DNA from: TPA_inf: Saccharomyces
Taxonomy: Eukaryota
Assembly (NCBI GenBank): GCA_000146045.2
Contig: BK006939.2
Location: forward strand, 256,001-320,000
Direction of reading: 5' to 3'
DNA length: 64,000 nucleotides
Shown piece by piece: positions 36,066-51,652 of the stretch; the stretch's first letter is position 1; every line of letters begins with the position of its first letter. The translations under genes were made by a program, and so were the position numbers. The notes below the pieces were generated by a model. The model was given only the letters and a program-made list of their open reading frames with translations. It ran no database searches and was not told the DNA's origin.

Positions 36066-36551
36066 ATGACAAAGAAGGATAAGAAGGAAGTAAAAGTTCA
36101 AACGGTTACCACGGAGGATGGTGAAACCGTGAAAGTTTTTGAAGACCTGCAGGGTTTTGAAACTTTCATTGCCAATGAAACTGAAGATGATGATTTCGAT
36201 CATTTGCACTGTAAATTAAATTACTACCCACCATTTGTGCTACACGAGTCGCACGAGGACCCTGAAAAAATTAGTGATGCTGCAAATTCTCATTCTAAGA
36301 AGTTCGTGCGTCACCTGCACCAGCATATTGAAAAGCATCTTTTGAAAGATATTAAGCAAGCCGTTAGGAAACCTGAGCTTAAATTTCACGAAAAATCGAA
36401 GGAAGAGACATTTGATAAAATCACCTGGCATTACGGTGAGGAAACTGAATACCATGGTAGACCTTTCAAGATAGACGTTCAAGTAGTTTGCACACATGAA
36501 GATGCTATGGTATTTGTCGATTACAAAACACATCCTGTAGGCGCAAATTAA
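36066..36551 (+). CDS. RGI1: Respiratory growth induced protein, 161 aa
   Basis: 161-aa acidic protein; matches Rgi1 (YER067W). Confidence 0.82.
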   Translation: MTKKDKKEVKVQTVTTEDGETVKVFEDLQGFETFIANETEDDDFDHLHCKLNYYPPFVLHESHEDPEKISDAANSHSKKFVRHLHQHIEKHLLKDIKQAVRKPELKFHEKSKEETFDKITWHYGEETEYHGRPFKIDVQVVCTHEDAMVFVDYKTHPVGAN

Positions 36552-37049
36552 AGGTTGTGTCATAGAGAATGTGTTAGTACTGAATCCTAACCTCCCAAAT
36601 TCATAAGTAGTTTTATGTACCTTTAATGATTTACGATTAGCAACTTTTTGAATTTTTTTTATTGAAATGTTGAGCCCGAAGACGTGAAACGCTATAAAGT
36701 AGTATCACTGTTACGCCGCGAAACCTGATAATGTATTGTTAAACTACTACCTGGTCGATGATTATATCGACGCTTCTAAAATGAATGCTATTACCCGAAC
36801 TTCCACTTGATTGCCGTCTCTTCCCGGGTAACATTGTAAGTGTGAATATGATTTTTTTTTTTGCTTTCTCTTTTCAAAATTTCCGAAAAGCATATCAAGA
36901 CGTGTACTACATACAGTAAAAGCCCTCCTAGGGTTTTCAGTAGTGGTTCGAATAGTATAGATTACTGCTTTTGTTACTCTGCAACAATCCCAAAACTTAA
37001 TAAAAAGTACAAAAGACCAAATAAAAGTATCGTATATAATCCAGTCATA

Positions 37050-38813
37050 ATGATGAATCCACACGTTCAAGAAAATTTGCAAGCAATCCACAACGCCTTA
37101 AGCAATTTTGATACGTCATTTTTATCGGAGGATGAAGAAGATTATTGCCCTCTTTGTATTGAACCAATGGATATTACTGATAAAAATTTTTTTCCTTGTC
37201 CCTGTGGTTATCAAATTTGTCAATTTTGCTACAATAATATCAGACAAAATCCAGAATTAAATGGCCGTTGCCCAGCATGTCGTCGTAAATATGATGACGA
37301 GAACGTCAGATACGTCACATTATCTCCGGAGGAGTTAAAAATGGAGAGAGCCAAGCTCGCTAGGAAGGAGAAAGAAAGAAAGCATAGAGAAAAAGAACGT
37401 AAAGAGAATGAATATACGAATAGGAAACATTTATCTGGTACCAGAGTTATCCAAAAGAATTTAGTGTACGTTGTTGGCATCAATCCTCCTGTTCCATACG
37501 AGGAAGTTGCGCCCACTCTGAAATCTGAAAAATATTTTGGCCAATATGGTAAGATAAATAAGATTGTGGTTAATAGAAAAACACCCCATTCTAACAACAC
37601 AACCAGCGAGCATTATCACCATCATTCACCAGGATATGGCGTTTACATAACCTTCGGATCCAAGGACGATGCTGCAAGATGTATAGCTCAGGTAGACGGG
37701 ACGTATATGGATGGCCGCCTGATCAAAGCTGCCTACGGTACTACTAAATACTGTTCTTCTTATTTAAGAGGATTGCCATGCCCAAATCCCAACTGTATGT
37801 TTTTGCATGAACCTGGTGAAGAAGCTGATTCTTTTAATAAAAGAGAACTCCACAATAAACAACAAGCGCAACAGCAAAGTGGCGGAACTGCATTCACTAG
37901 ATCTGGAATACACAACAATATATCTACCAGTACCGCTGGTTCAAATACCAATTTACTAAGTGAAAATTTCACAGGCACACCTTCACCGGCGGCGATGAGG
38001 GCTCAGTTACATCATGACAGCCATACAAACGCTGGAACACCGGTATTAACACCTGCTCCGGTCCCTGCAGGGTCAAATCCTTGGGGAGTTACTCAATCAG
38101 CAACACCTGTAACCTCTATCAATCTCTCTAAAAACAGCAGCTCCATAAACTTGCCAACATTAAATGATTCTCTGGGCCATCATACTACCCCCACAACAGA
38201 GAATACCATCACAAGTACGACAACTACTACCAATACCAATGCTACAAGTCACTCCCATGGTAGCAAGAAGAAGCAATCTCTTGCTGCAGAGGAATACAAA
38301 GATCCTTATGACGCACTAGGGAATGCTGTTGACTTTTTGGATGCAAGACTACATTCTCTATCAAATTATCAGAAGCGCCCTATATCTATCAAATCCAATA
38401 TTATTGACGAAGAAACTTATAAAAAGTATCCGTCTTTGTTTTCTTGGGACAAGATTGAGGCCTCAAAGAAAAGTGACAATACATTAGCCAACAAACTTGT
38501 GGAGATCCTGGCTATAAAGCCAATAGACTACACTGCTTCTGTCGTTCAATTCTTGCAGAGTGTCAATGTTGGTGTAAATGACAATATTACAATCACAGAT
38601 AATACGAAAACTCCCACCCAACCAATAAGACTGCAAACCGTCTCACAGCAAATCCAACCACCATTAAACGTCAGTACCCCTCCACCGGGTATCTTTGGTC
38701 CACAACATAAGGTTCCTATTCAGCAGCAACAAATGGGTGATACAAGCTCAAGAAATTCCTCTGATTTACTAAATCAACTAATCAACGGAAGGAAAATTAT
38801 CGCCGGTAATTAA
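37050..38813 (+). CDS. MOT2: Ccr4-Not complex E3 ubiquitin ligase (RING plus RRM), 587 aa
   Basis: Starts MMNPHVQENL...; C4C4 RING (CPLCIEPMD…CPCGYQICQFC…CPACRR). 587 aa matches Mot2/Not4 (YER068W). The track ORF adds 63 upstream codons. Confidence 0.88.
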   Translation: MMNPHVQENLQAIHNALSNFDTSFLSEDEEDYCPLCIEPMDITDKNFFPCPCGYQICQFCYNNIRQNPELNGRCPACRRKYDDENVRYVTLSPEELKMERAKLARKEKERKHREKERKENEYTNRKHLSGTRVIQKNLVYVVGINPPVPYEEVAPTLKSEKYFGQYGKINKIVVNRKTPHSNNTTSEHYHHHSPGYGVYITFGSKDDAARCIAQVDGTYMDGRLIKAAYGTTKYCSSYLRGLPCPNPNCMFLHEPGEEADSFNKRELHNKQQAQQQSGGTAFTRSGIHNNISTSTAGSNTNLLSENFTGTPSPAAMRAQLHHDSHTNAGTPVLTPAPVPAGSNPWGVTQSATPVTSINLSKNSSSINLPTLNDSLGHHTTPTTENTITSTTTTTNTNATSHSHGSKKKQSLAAEEYKDPYDALGNAVDFLDARLHSLSNYQKRPISIKSNIIDEETYKKYPSLFSWDKIEASKKSDNTLANKLVEILAIKPIDYTASVVQFLQSVNVGVNDNITITDNTKTPTQPIRLQTVSQQIQPPLNVSTPPPGIFGPQHKVPIQQQQMGDTSSRNSSDLLNQLINGRKIIAGN

Positions 38814-39186
38814 TCCGACTCTAAATATTTTTCTTGTTTGCATTAACCATAATTTTATCTATTTTTATTTCTCATGAATATATAATCTCTCCGTTTATAA
38901 CGAAATGCAAGAAAAAAAAATCTCACCCATTTTTTTAAACCTTTGACGTGGAAAGGTATCTGGGAAAGGTATCTGGCTAATGAATAATGCCATAGCATAT
39001 ACCAGTATAGTCTATTTACTCGTTACAACGTATGAAAGCGTCAGCGCTGCAAGAATGACTAATTCATAGAAAATAATCATCATGATATATATCATAATGC
39101 ACGGAACCTGCTTCGCTAATTTTTTCACTTAAATCACATTTTTTCAACGAAATCTCTTGCGCAGTTGGTTGGAATTCTTATCCGAA

Positions 39187-39193
39187 TGACTCA
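39187..39193. promoter_or_regulatory. Gcn4 response element TGACTCA about 220 bp upstream of ARG5,6
   Basis: Direct read 'ccgaatgactcagtc'. Confidence 0.55.
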
Positions 39194-39397
39194 GTCTACA
39201 TCAAAAAACTGTGGCCGAATGGTGGTAATTGATGACTCTTCTATTTTTTTTTTTCATATAAAGAGCTTGCGCGCGTGTTGTTGTTCGCTATCCATTTCCA
39301 TTAGGAACATTTTTGGATATTATTTTTCAGACCCGTAATATACTTAACACATATACCACTAAAGGCAAAAGAAAGAGAGATCTGAAGTGAGAAATAA

Positions 39398-42001
<2,604 letters not shown>

Positions 42002-42457
42002 TCACTGTGTATAGTAGATCTGCAGCTCAGTCACATGAGACATTAACGTATATAAATATATAAATATATATATATCCATTAAATAACGAAGTAGGACATG
42101 GTCTAAAAATAGTGCTTCTCATGTATTGATTTTGAGTAGCCATAAGAATAATTATTGATTTCAAGATCTTTGATCTCCTTACATCCAAAATTATAATACC
42201 ACTTTATGGTATCACGACATCACCACAACAGAGAAGGATTGCCGCATTTGGATATCGTAAACAAAGGCGTTACCATAGAAATGTACTGATTGGCAGAATT
42301 ACTCTTCAGGAGAATCTTTCATACAAAGGAATTCCATTGGGGAAAATCTCGTTACCAAGTCAATGCTGAACTTTCTATGGCCTTTGTTTACTATCGTTAA
42401 TTATTTTACGACCACTTCTGGGTAGAAATATTTCGTAGCCCTGGAACGAGCTTGTTT

Positions 42458-42649
42458 ACGCGTTTTATCCCATTATATGGCACCCAAATCAAATTTAAAA
42501 AGAAAAAACGCGTAAACAGTGTCGGGTAAGTTCATCCTCTGTTACTTTAATTGCTTCTTTTTTTGAAATTCTAAGTAAACGCGTCATTTTGATCCTCAGG
42601 ACACAGAAATCCTTGCAGAATCTTATTGGGTGTTGAATAGAGGACGCGT
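42458..42649. promoter_or_regulatory. Cluster of four MluI cell-cycle boxes (ACGCGT, MBF sites) 300–490 bp upstream of RNR1
   Basis: ACGCGT is read at 42458, 42508, 42579 and 42644. RNR1 is a G1/S MBF target. Confidence 0.7.
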
Positions 42650-42949
42650 AAAAACGATATGGAAATTTTTTTCATATAGTGTAGAAAGAATAGGTTGGCG
42701 TAGGTAGTTTCGTGTTTGATAGAAACCTCCAACAAAGTCTGCAGCTCACGTTTTAGAATAACAAGTTTAGAGTTTATCTTGTTGCCTTTGTTAAGTCAGT
42801 ACCATTGAATAAAAATTATATAAAGGAGCTAATATTTCATTGTTGGAAAATTACTCTACCATAATTGAAGCATATCTCATCCTTTTCATCCTTTTCAACG
42901 CAAGAGAGACACCAACGAACAACACTTTATTTGTTGATATATTAACATC

Positions 42950-45616
42950 ATGTACGTTTATAAAAGAGACGGTCGTAAAGAACCTGTCCAATTCGATAAG
43001 ATTACCGCTCGTATATCACGCTTATGCTATGGTTTAGATCCAAAACATATCGACGCCGTTAAGGTCACCCAACGTATCATTTCTGGTGTCTATGAAGGTG
43101 TCACAACAATCGAACTAGACAACTTAGCCGCTGAAACATGCGCTTATATGACTACTGTTCATCCAGATTACGCCACCCTAGCGGCCAGAATTGCCATTTC
43201 TAATTTACATAAACAAACCACAAAACAATTTTCTAAGGTTGTCGAAGATCTTTATAGATACGTCAATGCTGCTACTGGTAAGCCCGCTCCCATGATCTCT
43301 GATGATGTCTACAATATTGTCATGGAAAACAAGGATAAATTGAACTCCGCAATTGTCTATGACAGAGATTTTCAGTACAGTTATTTTGGTTTTAAAACTT
43401 TGGAACGTTCTTATTTACTAAGAATCAACGGTCAAGTGGCCGAACGTCCACAACATTTAATTATGAGAGTCGCACTAGGCATCCACGGTAGAGATATCGA
43501 GGCTGCTTTAGAAACGTATAACTTGATGTCTCTAAAATATTTTACTCACGCCTCTCCAACGTTGTTCAATGCCGGTACTCCAAAACCTCAAATGTCCTCT
43601 TGTTTCTTGGTTGCCATGAAGGAGGACTCTATCGAGGGGATTTACGACACCTTGAAGGAATGTGCTTTGATTTCCAAAACTGCTGGTGGTATTGGTCTAC
43701 ATATCCATAACATTCGTTCAACTGGTTCTTACATTGCTGGTACAAACGGTACTTCTAACGGTTTAATTCCTATGATTCGTGTTTTCAATAACACTGCCCG
43801 TTATGTTGACCAGGGTGGTAATAAAAGACCTGGTGCGTTTGCCCTTTACCTGGAACCATGGCATGCTGATATATTTGATTTTATTGATATTAGGAAGAAC
43901 CACGGTAAAGAGGAAATTCGTGCAAGAGATTTGTTCCCTGCTCTATGGATTCCTGATCTTTTCATGAAGCGTGTCGAAGAAAATGGGACCTGGACATTAT
44001 TCTCTCCAACATCAGCTCCTGGTTTAAGCGATTGTTACGGTGACGAGTTTGAGGCTCTATATACCCGCTACGAGAAAGAAGGTCGTGGTAAGACTATCAA
44101 AGCCCAAAAATTATGGTATTCCATTTTGGAAGCTCAAACTGAAACTGGTACACCTTTCGTTGTTTACAAGGATGCTTGTAACAGAAAATCTAATCAAAAA
44201 AACTTAGGTGTCATCAAGTCATCAAACTTATGCTGTGAAATTGTTGAATACTCAGCTCCAGATGAAACTGCTGTTTGTAACTTGGCTTCCGTTGCCTTAC
44301 CAGCATTCATTGAAACTTCTGAGGATGGTAAGACTTCCACATACAACTTCAAAAAATTACATGAAATTGCTAAAGTTGTTACTCGTAATTTAAACAGAGT
44401 CATTGATCGTAATTACTACCCTGTTGAAGAAGCGAGAAAATCCAATATGAGACATAGACCAATTGCTTTGGGTGTTCAAGGTCTCGCTGACACTTTCATG
44501 CTGTTACGTTTGCCATTTGATTCTGAGGAAGCCCGTTTGCTAAATATCCAAATCTTTGAAACTATTTATCATGCCTCCATGGAAGCTTCTTGTGAACTAG
44601 CTCAGAAGGACGGTCCATACGAAACTTTCCAAGGATCTCCTGCTTCTCAAGGTATACTACAGTTTGATATGTGGGACCAAAAACCCTACGGCATGTGGGA
44701 TTGGGACACCTTAAGAAAAGATATCATGAAGCATGGTGTTAGAAATTCCTTGACCATGGCACCAATGCCTACTGCATCCACATCCCAAATATTGGGTTAT
44801 AATGAATGTTTCGAACCAGTCACTTCCAATATGTACTCCCGTCGTGTCTTATCCGGTGAATTCCAGGTTGTGAACCCTTACTTACTGCGTGACTTGGTTG
44901 ATTTAGGTATTTGGGATGAGGGTATGAAACAGTATCTGATTACACAAAATGGCTCCATTCAAGGCTTACCAAACGTTCCACAAGAATTGAAGGACTTATA
45001 CAAGACTGTTTGGGAAATTTCACAAAAGACTATCATTAACATGGCAGCCGATCGTTCTGTCTATATTGATCAATCTCATTCTTTGAATTTGTTCTTACGT
45101 GCCCCAACTATGGGTAAACTAACAAGTATGCATTTTTACGGATGGAAGAAGGGATTGAAGACCGGTATGTACTATTTGAGAACCCAAGCTGCATCTGCTG
45201 CAATTCAATTTACTATTGATCAGAAGATTGCGGATCAAGCTACAGAAAACGTTGCTGATATTTCCAACTTGAAGCGTCCATCATATATGCCTTCCAGTGC
45301 AAGCTACGCTGCCAGCGATTTCGTGCCCGCAGCTGTGACTGCAAACGCAACTATTCCATCTCTAGATAGCTCCTCGGAAGCTTCAAGAGAGGCATCTCCA
45401 GCTCCAACAGGTAGCCACTCATTAACTAAAGGAATGGCAGAATTAAACGTTCAAGAGTCTAAGGTAGAAGTTCCTGAAGTACCTGCCCCAACTAAGAATG
45501 AAGAAAAAGCTGCCCCCATCGTTGATGATGAGGAAACCGAGTTCGACATTTACAACTCTAAGGTTATAGCATGTGCTATTGATAACCCAGAAGCTTGTGA
45601 AATGTGTTCGGGTTAA
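42950..45616 (+). CDS. RNR1: Ribonucleotide-diphosphate reductase large subunit, 888 aa
   Basis: ATP-cone N-terminus, class Ia RNR catalytic core, C-terminal CX2C tail; matches Rnr1 (YER070W). Confidence 0.93.
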
Positions 45617-45946
45617 TGAGGGCTAAGTTTTTATTTCTTCAATTCTATTTATCAAAATTTGGGTGTTTACTTCGAGGTGTAATTTATATTTTCTTTTGTT
45701 TTCTCTGATAAAAAAATTGGTTTCCATTCTAATGCCAAGCTAAAAGGTACCTATATATGTTTACTAATTATTTTTCTACTTTGCATATATACATAAAAAA
45801 AGTCGAATAATTTAACATGAACATTTTAAGCTGTCCTTGTAAGAAGGCCATGATACAGATTCCCCCCTGCCCCGAAATGGGGTCTAGGCAACATTGTTCT
45901 ATAAAGGAACGCAACTTTATGTGGCAACATTAAAGCAAATACATAT

Positions 45947-46327
45947 CTACTTGTGAAGCCAAAGAATTGTAATTAAATAGCACTCATTATTATTTTTGTC
46001 TTCTAGTTTATAGTTGAATATACCATCTTTTTTAGATTCCCAGGATGCGCCTATATCGTTCTTCAATGAGAAATTAGCGTTTTCTTCGTTGAGTCCTTCA
46101 ATGTTCAACGTCGTTACCGAGGCAATATATTTATACAAAGAAGAGTGCTTTTCAAGTTTTTCTAGGACCAGTTTTATAAGAAGGTTGGAAGTTGATTCGG
46201 TCGATAAATTGATTTCATTGTCATCTTTTAAACTATCATAACTTTCTTGAATTAACGTAACTAGTTTTCTTTCGGGCAGAGGAGAGTTATCACTCCTTCC
46301 ATCCTTTATTTCAATCTGCATACTCAT
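45947..46327 (-). CDS. TDA2: Small acidic protein, 126 aa
   Basis: Starting at [10 protein letters not shown]... gives 126 aa, matching YER071C. The track ORF adds 8 codons. Confidence 0.75.
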   Translation of the reverse strand: MSMQIEIKDGRSDNSPLPERKLVTLIQESYDSLKDDNEINLSTESTSNLLIKLVLEKLEKHSSLYKYIASVTTLNIEGLNEENANFSLKNDIGASWESKKDGIFNYKLEDKNNNECYLITILWLHK

Positions 46328-46727
46328 TTTTTTGTTGACTTTCGTAATCACTTACTTTCACTTATCCTAAATAATTTACAGTGCGTTTTGTAAAACTGCA
46401 AGACGGTATCCGCTAATAGAGAGAAGAATACGTATTTTCTAGTAAAGAAATTTACAAAAAAGGAGGTATATTGGCATCGCTATTTTCGGATAGAATGGCA
46501 AGAGCGATTAAGTATAGCAAACTGGGAAATGTATAGAGACAAGAAATAATGAGACTCTCTCTTCAAGTATCTTTGAGCACGTATCAGATAACTAATGGTT
46601 ATATCGCTTGTTACGGTCGGTGATACTTCACTTTGAAATAGATATTAGCACGTGTCTCGGAGAGAAGAAAATGAATGCTGCATTATACAAAATAGATAAC
46701 AGTATTTAAGAGTCCATATTTCCATAA

Positions 46728-47195
<468 letters not shown>

Positions 47196-48029
47196 AATTG
47201 TAATTCCAATATCGTAAGCGTGGGTTACGCACAAACTGTATTTTCAAGATGCTCACAAATAATTTAGTTTCATATATACGCATATATAGAAAGTATCCAT
47301 CTATAGGTAATCATGAACAATAAAAATATTCACGTTTCAGGAGCTATTGTTTGTACTCATTACGTTTTTGGATATCAAGTTGAAAATCAGCCCCTTTCAC
47401 TAGATATCAAGCGCTATAAAAAAATTTTAATTTCGATGAGGCATCTTTCTTTTCTCTTGTGGCTATGTAAGCCTAAGAAGCCGTTTACACATCAATGATA
47501 AATAAGTATACAAAAAGGGTTCCATTTTTTTTTTTGGCCGCTACCGGACTAGCAAGGGCCTAATGGTACGCTGAGCGTAGTACAACCAAGCGCTTGTTAG
47601 CCGTAGAGTTAAGCTCTTGACTACTATTACGGTAAAAGCCGGGAACGTGCGTAACAATTTTTTTTTGCATTAGGTTAAAGAGGCTCGCTCGCGGAGCCTT
47701 TAGAATACCGCTTAAGGCGCCAAAAGATGGAAGCTATTCTCTTTCTTTTTTTTTTCACAAACTGAGAGGGGTTGTGTATCGTTAAAAATGTTGGAAGACT
47801 TCTGACTCATCACTACGCAGATTGTTAGAGTTTTTCGATGAGAATGGCTTCAAAGAACAGAACAAAACACGATTATATAAGCCCCATGTAAAAAGAACGT
47901 CTTAATTTATTTTGAATTTAGGACTTCTTGACATTTTTAGCATATATAACAATACGATAAGTGTCTCATCAAACGTGGTTAAGACAGAAAACTTCTTCAC
48001 AACATTAACAAAAAGCCAAAGAAGAAGAA

Positions 48030-49592
48030 ATGCTTTCTCGCACAAGAGCTGCAGCTCCGAATTCCAGAATATTCACTAGAAGCTTGTTACGTCTTTATTC
48101 TCAAGCACCATTACGCGTTCCAATTACTCTTCCAAATGGTTTCACCTACGAACAGCCAACAGGGTTATTCATCAATGGTGAATTTGTTGCCTCGAAGCAA
48201 AAGAAAACGTTTGACGTGATCAATCCATCTAACGAAGAAAAGATAACAACTGTATACAAGGCTATGGAAGATGATGTTGATGAAGCCGTTGCAGCGGCTA
48301 AAAAAGCTTTTGAAACGAAGTGGTCTATTGTAGAGCCGGAGGTTCGCGCTAAAGCTTTATTCAATCTCGCTGACTTGGTTGAGAAACACCAAGAAACACT
48401 GGCTGCCATTGAGTCAATGGATAATGGTAAGTCATTGTTTTGTGCGCGCGGTGACGTCGCTTTAGTATCTAAATACTTGCGTTCTTGCGGTGGTTGGGCA
48501 GATAAAATCTACGGTAACGTTATTGACACAGGTAAAAACCATTTTACCTACTCAATTAAGGAACCATTAGGCGTTTGCGGCCAAATAATCCCTTGGAACT
48601 TCCCTTTATTGATGTGGTCATGGAAAATTGGGCCTGCTCTGGCTACAGGTAACACCGTCGTATTGAAACCCGCTGAAACAACACCTTTATCTGCCCTTTT
48701 CGCTTCCCAGTTGTGTCAGGAAGCAGGCATACCCGCTGGTGTAGTCAATATCCTTCCGGGTTCCGGTAGAGTTGTTGGAGAAAGATTGAGTGCACACCCA
48801 GACGTGAAGAAGATTGCTTTTACAGGCTCTACTGCCACCGGCCGCCATATTATGAAGGTCGCTGCCGATACTGTCAAGAAAGTCACTTTGGAGCTGGGAG
48901 GTAAATCACCAAATATTGTGTTTGCTGACGCTGATCTAGATAAAGCCGTCAAGAACATTGCCTTCGGTATTTTTTACAACTCTGGTGAAGTTTGCTGCGC
49001 TGGTTCCAGAATATACATTCAAGATACAGTATACGAGGAGGTGTTGCAAAAACTAAAGGATTACACCGAGTCACTAAAGGTCGGTGACCCATTTGATGAG
49101 GAAGTTTTCCAAGGTGCTCAAACATCTGACAAACAGCTGCATAAAATTTTAGACTATGTCGATGTAGCAAAATCAGAGGGGGCTCGTCTTGTGACTGGAG
49201 GGGCCAGACATGGCAGTAAAGGTTATTTTGTCAAGCCAACAGTGTTTGCTGATGTCAAAGAAGATATGAGAATTGTTAAGGAGGAAGTGTTTGGTCCCAT
49301 TGTAACTGTATCCAAGTTTTCTACTGTTGATGAAGTGATTGCTATGGCAAATGATTCTCAATATGGGTTAGCCGCAGGTATTCACACTAACGATATTAAC
49401 AAGGCTGTTGATGTGTCCAAAAGAGTGAAAGCTGGTACTGTTTGGATAAATACCTATAACAACTTCCACCAAAATGTTCCTTTCGGTGGCTTCGGCCAGT
49501 CAGGTATTGGCCGTGAAATGGGTGAGGCTGCTTTAAGTAACTACACTCAAACAAAATCTGTCAGAATTGCCATTGACAAGCCAATTCGTTGA
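48030..49592 (+). CDS. ALD5: Mitochondrial aldehyde dehydrogenase, 520 aa
   Basis: Mitochondrial presequence plus ALDH signatures (ELGGKSP, catalytic Cys in GQICCAGSR-like context). The N-terminus [15 protein letters not shown] distinguishes it from Ald4; matches YER073W. Confidence 0.9.
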   Translation: MLSRTRAAAPNSRIFTRSLLRLYSQAPLRVPITLPNGFTYEQPTGLFINGEFVASKQKKTFDVINPSNEEKITTVYKAMEDDVDEAVAAAKKAFETKWSIVEPEVRAKALFNLADLVEKHQETLAAIESMDNGKSLFCARGDVALVSKYLRSCGGWADKIYGNVIDTGKNHFTYSIKEPLGVCGQIIPWNFPLLMWSWKIGPALATGNTVVLKPAETTPLSALFASQLCQEAGIPAGVVNILPGSGRVVGERLSAHPDVKKIAFTGSTATGRHIMKVAADTVKKVTLELGGKSPNIVFADADLDKAVKNIAFGIFYNSGEVCCAGSRIYIQDTVYEEVLQKLKDYTESLKVGDPFDEEVFQGAQTSDKQLHKILDYVDVAKSEGARLVTGGARHGSKGYFVKPTVFADVKEDMRIVKEEVFGPIVTVSKFSTVDEVIAMANDSQYGLAAGIHTNDINKAVDVSKRVKAGTVWINTYNNFHQNVPFGGFGQSGIGREMGEAALSNYTQTKSVRIAIDKPIR

Positions 49593-49984
49593 AGTAACTC
49601 AGGCCCGAGTTGACTGCTCATTGAAGGTATGTATGATAAACATTATAGAATAATGAAAAATGCCTCGTGACATACAGATAAAATCTAACAAGGATATATT
49701 CAAAAAAAAAAAAACAAAACAAAAAAATAATAACGTGATAAACATTAATGAACAATGTATTTACATTCTTAAGCATAGGTGAGAAATTACCTTCTTTACT
49801 TTTTTTTTTTTTTTTGGTGATATTGTATATTGAAATATATAGTAATCAAATTCGTTTCATTGATCAAATTGCTCACTAGTTCTGTTTTTCAAAATTTCAT
49901 CTTTATAGGTAGATACAAGTGCCAGAGAGATATATAAACAGAAAACTCTATCGATGTGATAATGTATGCCAATATCGGGACTGT

Positions 49985-49998
49985 ACACCCACACATTT
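49985..49998. promoter_or_regulatory. Rap1 site ACACCCACACATTT about 330 bp upstream of RPS24A, with a second ACA-rich half-site to 50016
   Basis: Perfect match to the Rap1 consensus ACACCCRYACAYM in a ribosomal-protein promoter. Confidence 0.6.
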
Positions 49999-50322
49999 AC
50001 AAGCCCACACATCCTACAACTTTCTTTTCATTTCTTGCGCTTCTTCCACTGTCATAAAATATGATTGTCCGATGCCGCAGCCTACGCCTCGGCGAGTATT
50101 CATCACCTAAGCGTCCTGTAGGCGGGGCCACGCAGTCACTAACGGAATACTCCAGAAGGCTGCTTCCTTTGGAAGGAAGTTTCACTCGGTTGTCCACCCA
50201 GCGCTTTAACTTTGTCTCAGCGAAGAAGAATTGAATAACTATAGTGAATTTCAAGAGCTAGAGGATGGTTAGGTATTAGTTCAAAACAAAGATTTCAAGA
50301 AACCAACATAGATTAAGCAGAA

Positions 50323-51196
50323 ATGGTATGTTAAAAAGTGCTCAGATGAAAGATGACGTCCCATATTCCATGTTAAAGTTGCCATGAGTTAGTATAAAAG
50401 GCAATAAAGGTACCATAACGAGAAAAGAAAGTAAAAGAAGAAATGTTTTGCAAATTTAAGGTGGCGTAACAGCAACTATTGGCTAATATATTAATGGCAA
50501 TCATTGTGAAAAGAAATGTGAAATCCGTATCGTAATTGGTTAAATTTATAACTCAAATTTAAACACTCGAATAGCTGACCCGTAATATTTTATCCCGCTT
50601 TAAGAGTTCAACGCTAAAAAATGATATCTAGCTAACCATTATGCTACAGGAACCTTTTTTGGACTATTATCCCTATCATGAAAACTGGAAGGATCTTTCA
50701 AGGACGCCATTTCCAAAGATTTCCCCCACACTGGAACCTATTTTACTAACAATTTTTAAAATGGTTTTTTACCTAAATTGTTTTTTCTCAGTCTGACGCT
50801 GTTACTATCCGTACTAGAAAGGTTATCTCCAACCCATTGTTGGCCAGAAAGCAATTCGTCGTCGACGTCTTGCACCCAAACAGAGCTAATGTCTCCAAGG
50901 ATGAATTGCGTGAAAAATTAGCTGAAGTCTACAAGGCTGAAAAGGACGCTGTCTCCGTTTTCGGTTTCAGAACCCAATTTGGTGGTGGTAAGTCTGTTGG
51001 TTTCGGTTTGGTCTACAACTCTGTTGCCGAAGCTAAGAAGTTCGAACCAACTTACAGATTAGTCAGATACGGTTTGGCTGAAAAGGTTGAAAAGGCTTCC
51101 AGACAACAAAGAAAGCAAAAGAAGAACAGAGACAAGAAGATCTTCGGTACTGGTAAGAGATTGGCTAAGAAGGTTGCTCGTCGTAACGCCGATTAA
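50323..51196 (+). CDS. RPS24A: Ribosomal protein S24 (eS24), 135 aa: exon 1 is only ATG (50323..50325), intron 50326..50791, exon 2 50792..51196
   Basis: 'aaATG|GTATGTtaaaaag' donor; branch TACTAAC at about 50754; acceptor 'ttttttctcAG|TCTGACGCTGTTACTATCCGTACT' giving [27 protein letters not shown]…. Confidence 0.88.
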
Positions 51197-51652
51197 GCAA
51201 ACTAACTTCAAAACGTTAAATCATTTTTACGGATTGTTTAGTTTTCTATATATAAATATGTGTATCTTTTTCCAATAAAAAATATAATCAATAATTTTAA
51301 GAGATCCGTGGATTCATTTCGTAATAGAAAATCTCGGAAAAATGGTACAGAATATTGTTGGCTAAGTGCTTCAGATTGCATCATCAGAAAAGTAAAAATA
51401 CCCCCGTAATCCATCTTCTCTACATTTAATCTCATAGTGCTCGTAATGTCTCGAAATTTGTCTTTCGTGATCATTGCACAGTCTTTTCATTTGTCACAGT
51501 CACGTGATTACATTTAAGTACAGTATATCCAAAAAATTAGCTGGACTGGGAGCCTTCTCAATAAGTTGGCGGTTTATATACTCAAACCTATTAATAGGAA
51601 AGAACTCACAAAAGAAGCCTTTTGGAAGAGAAAACTTTGATATAGAGGGGAT

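Noticed and set aside
36240-36563. 107-aa ORF on the minus strand overlapping RGI1 (corresponds to dubious ORF YER067C-A)
   Set aside because: It lies entirely antisense within a well-supported gene and has no recognisable domain. This is typical of a chance antisense ORF.
47530-47720. GC-rich structured block considered as a possible tRNA or ncRNA gene
   Set aside because: No cloverleaf can be folded and there are no Pol III A or B boxes. It is retained only as a putative regulatory dyad in the findings.
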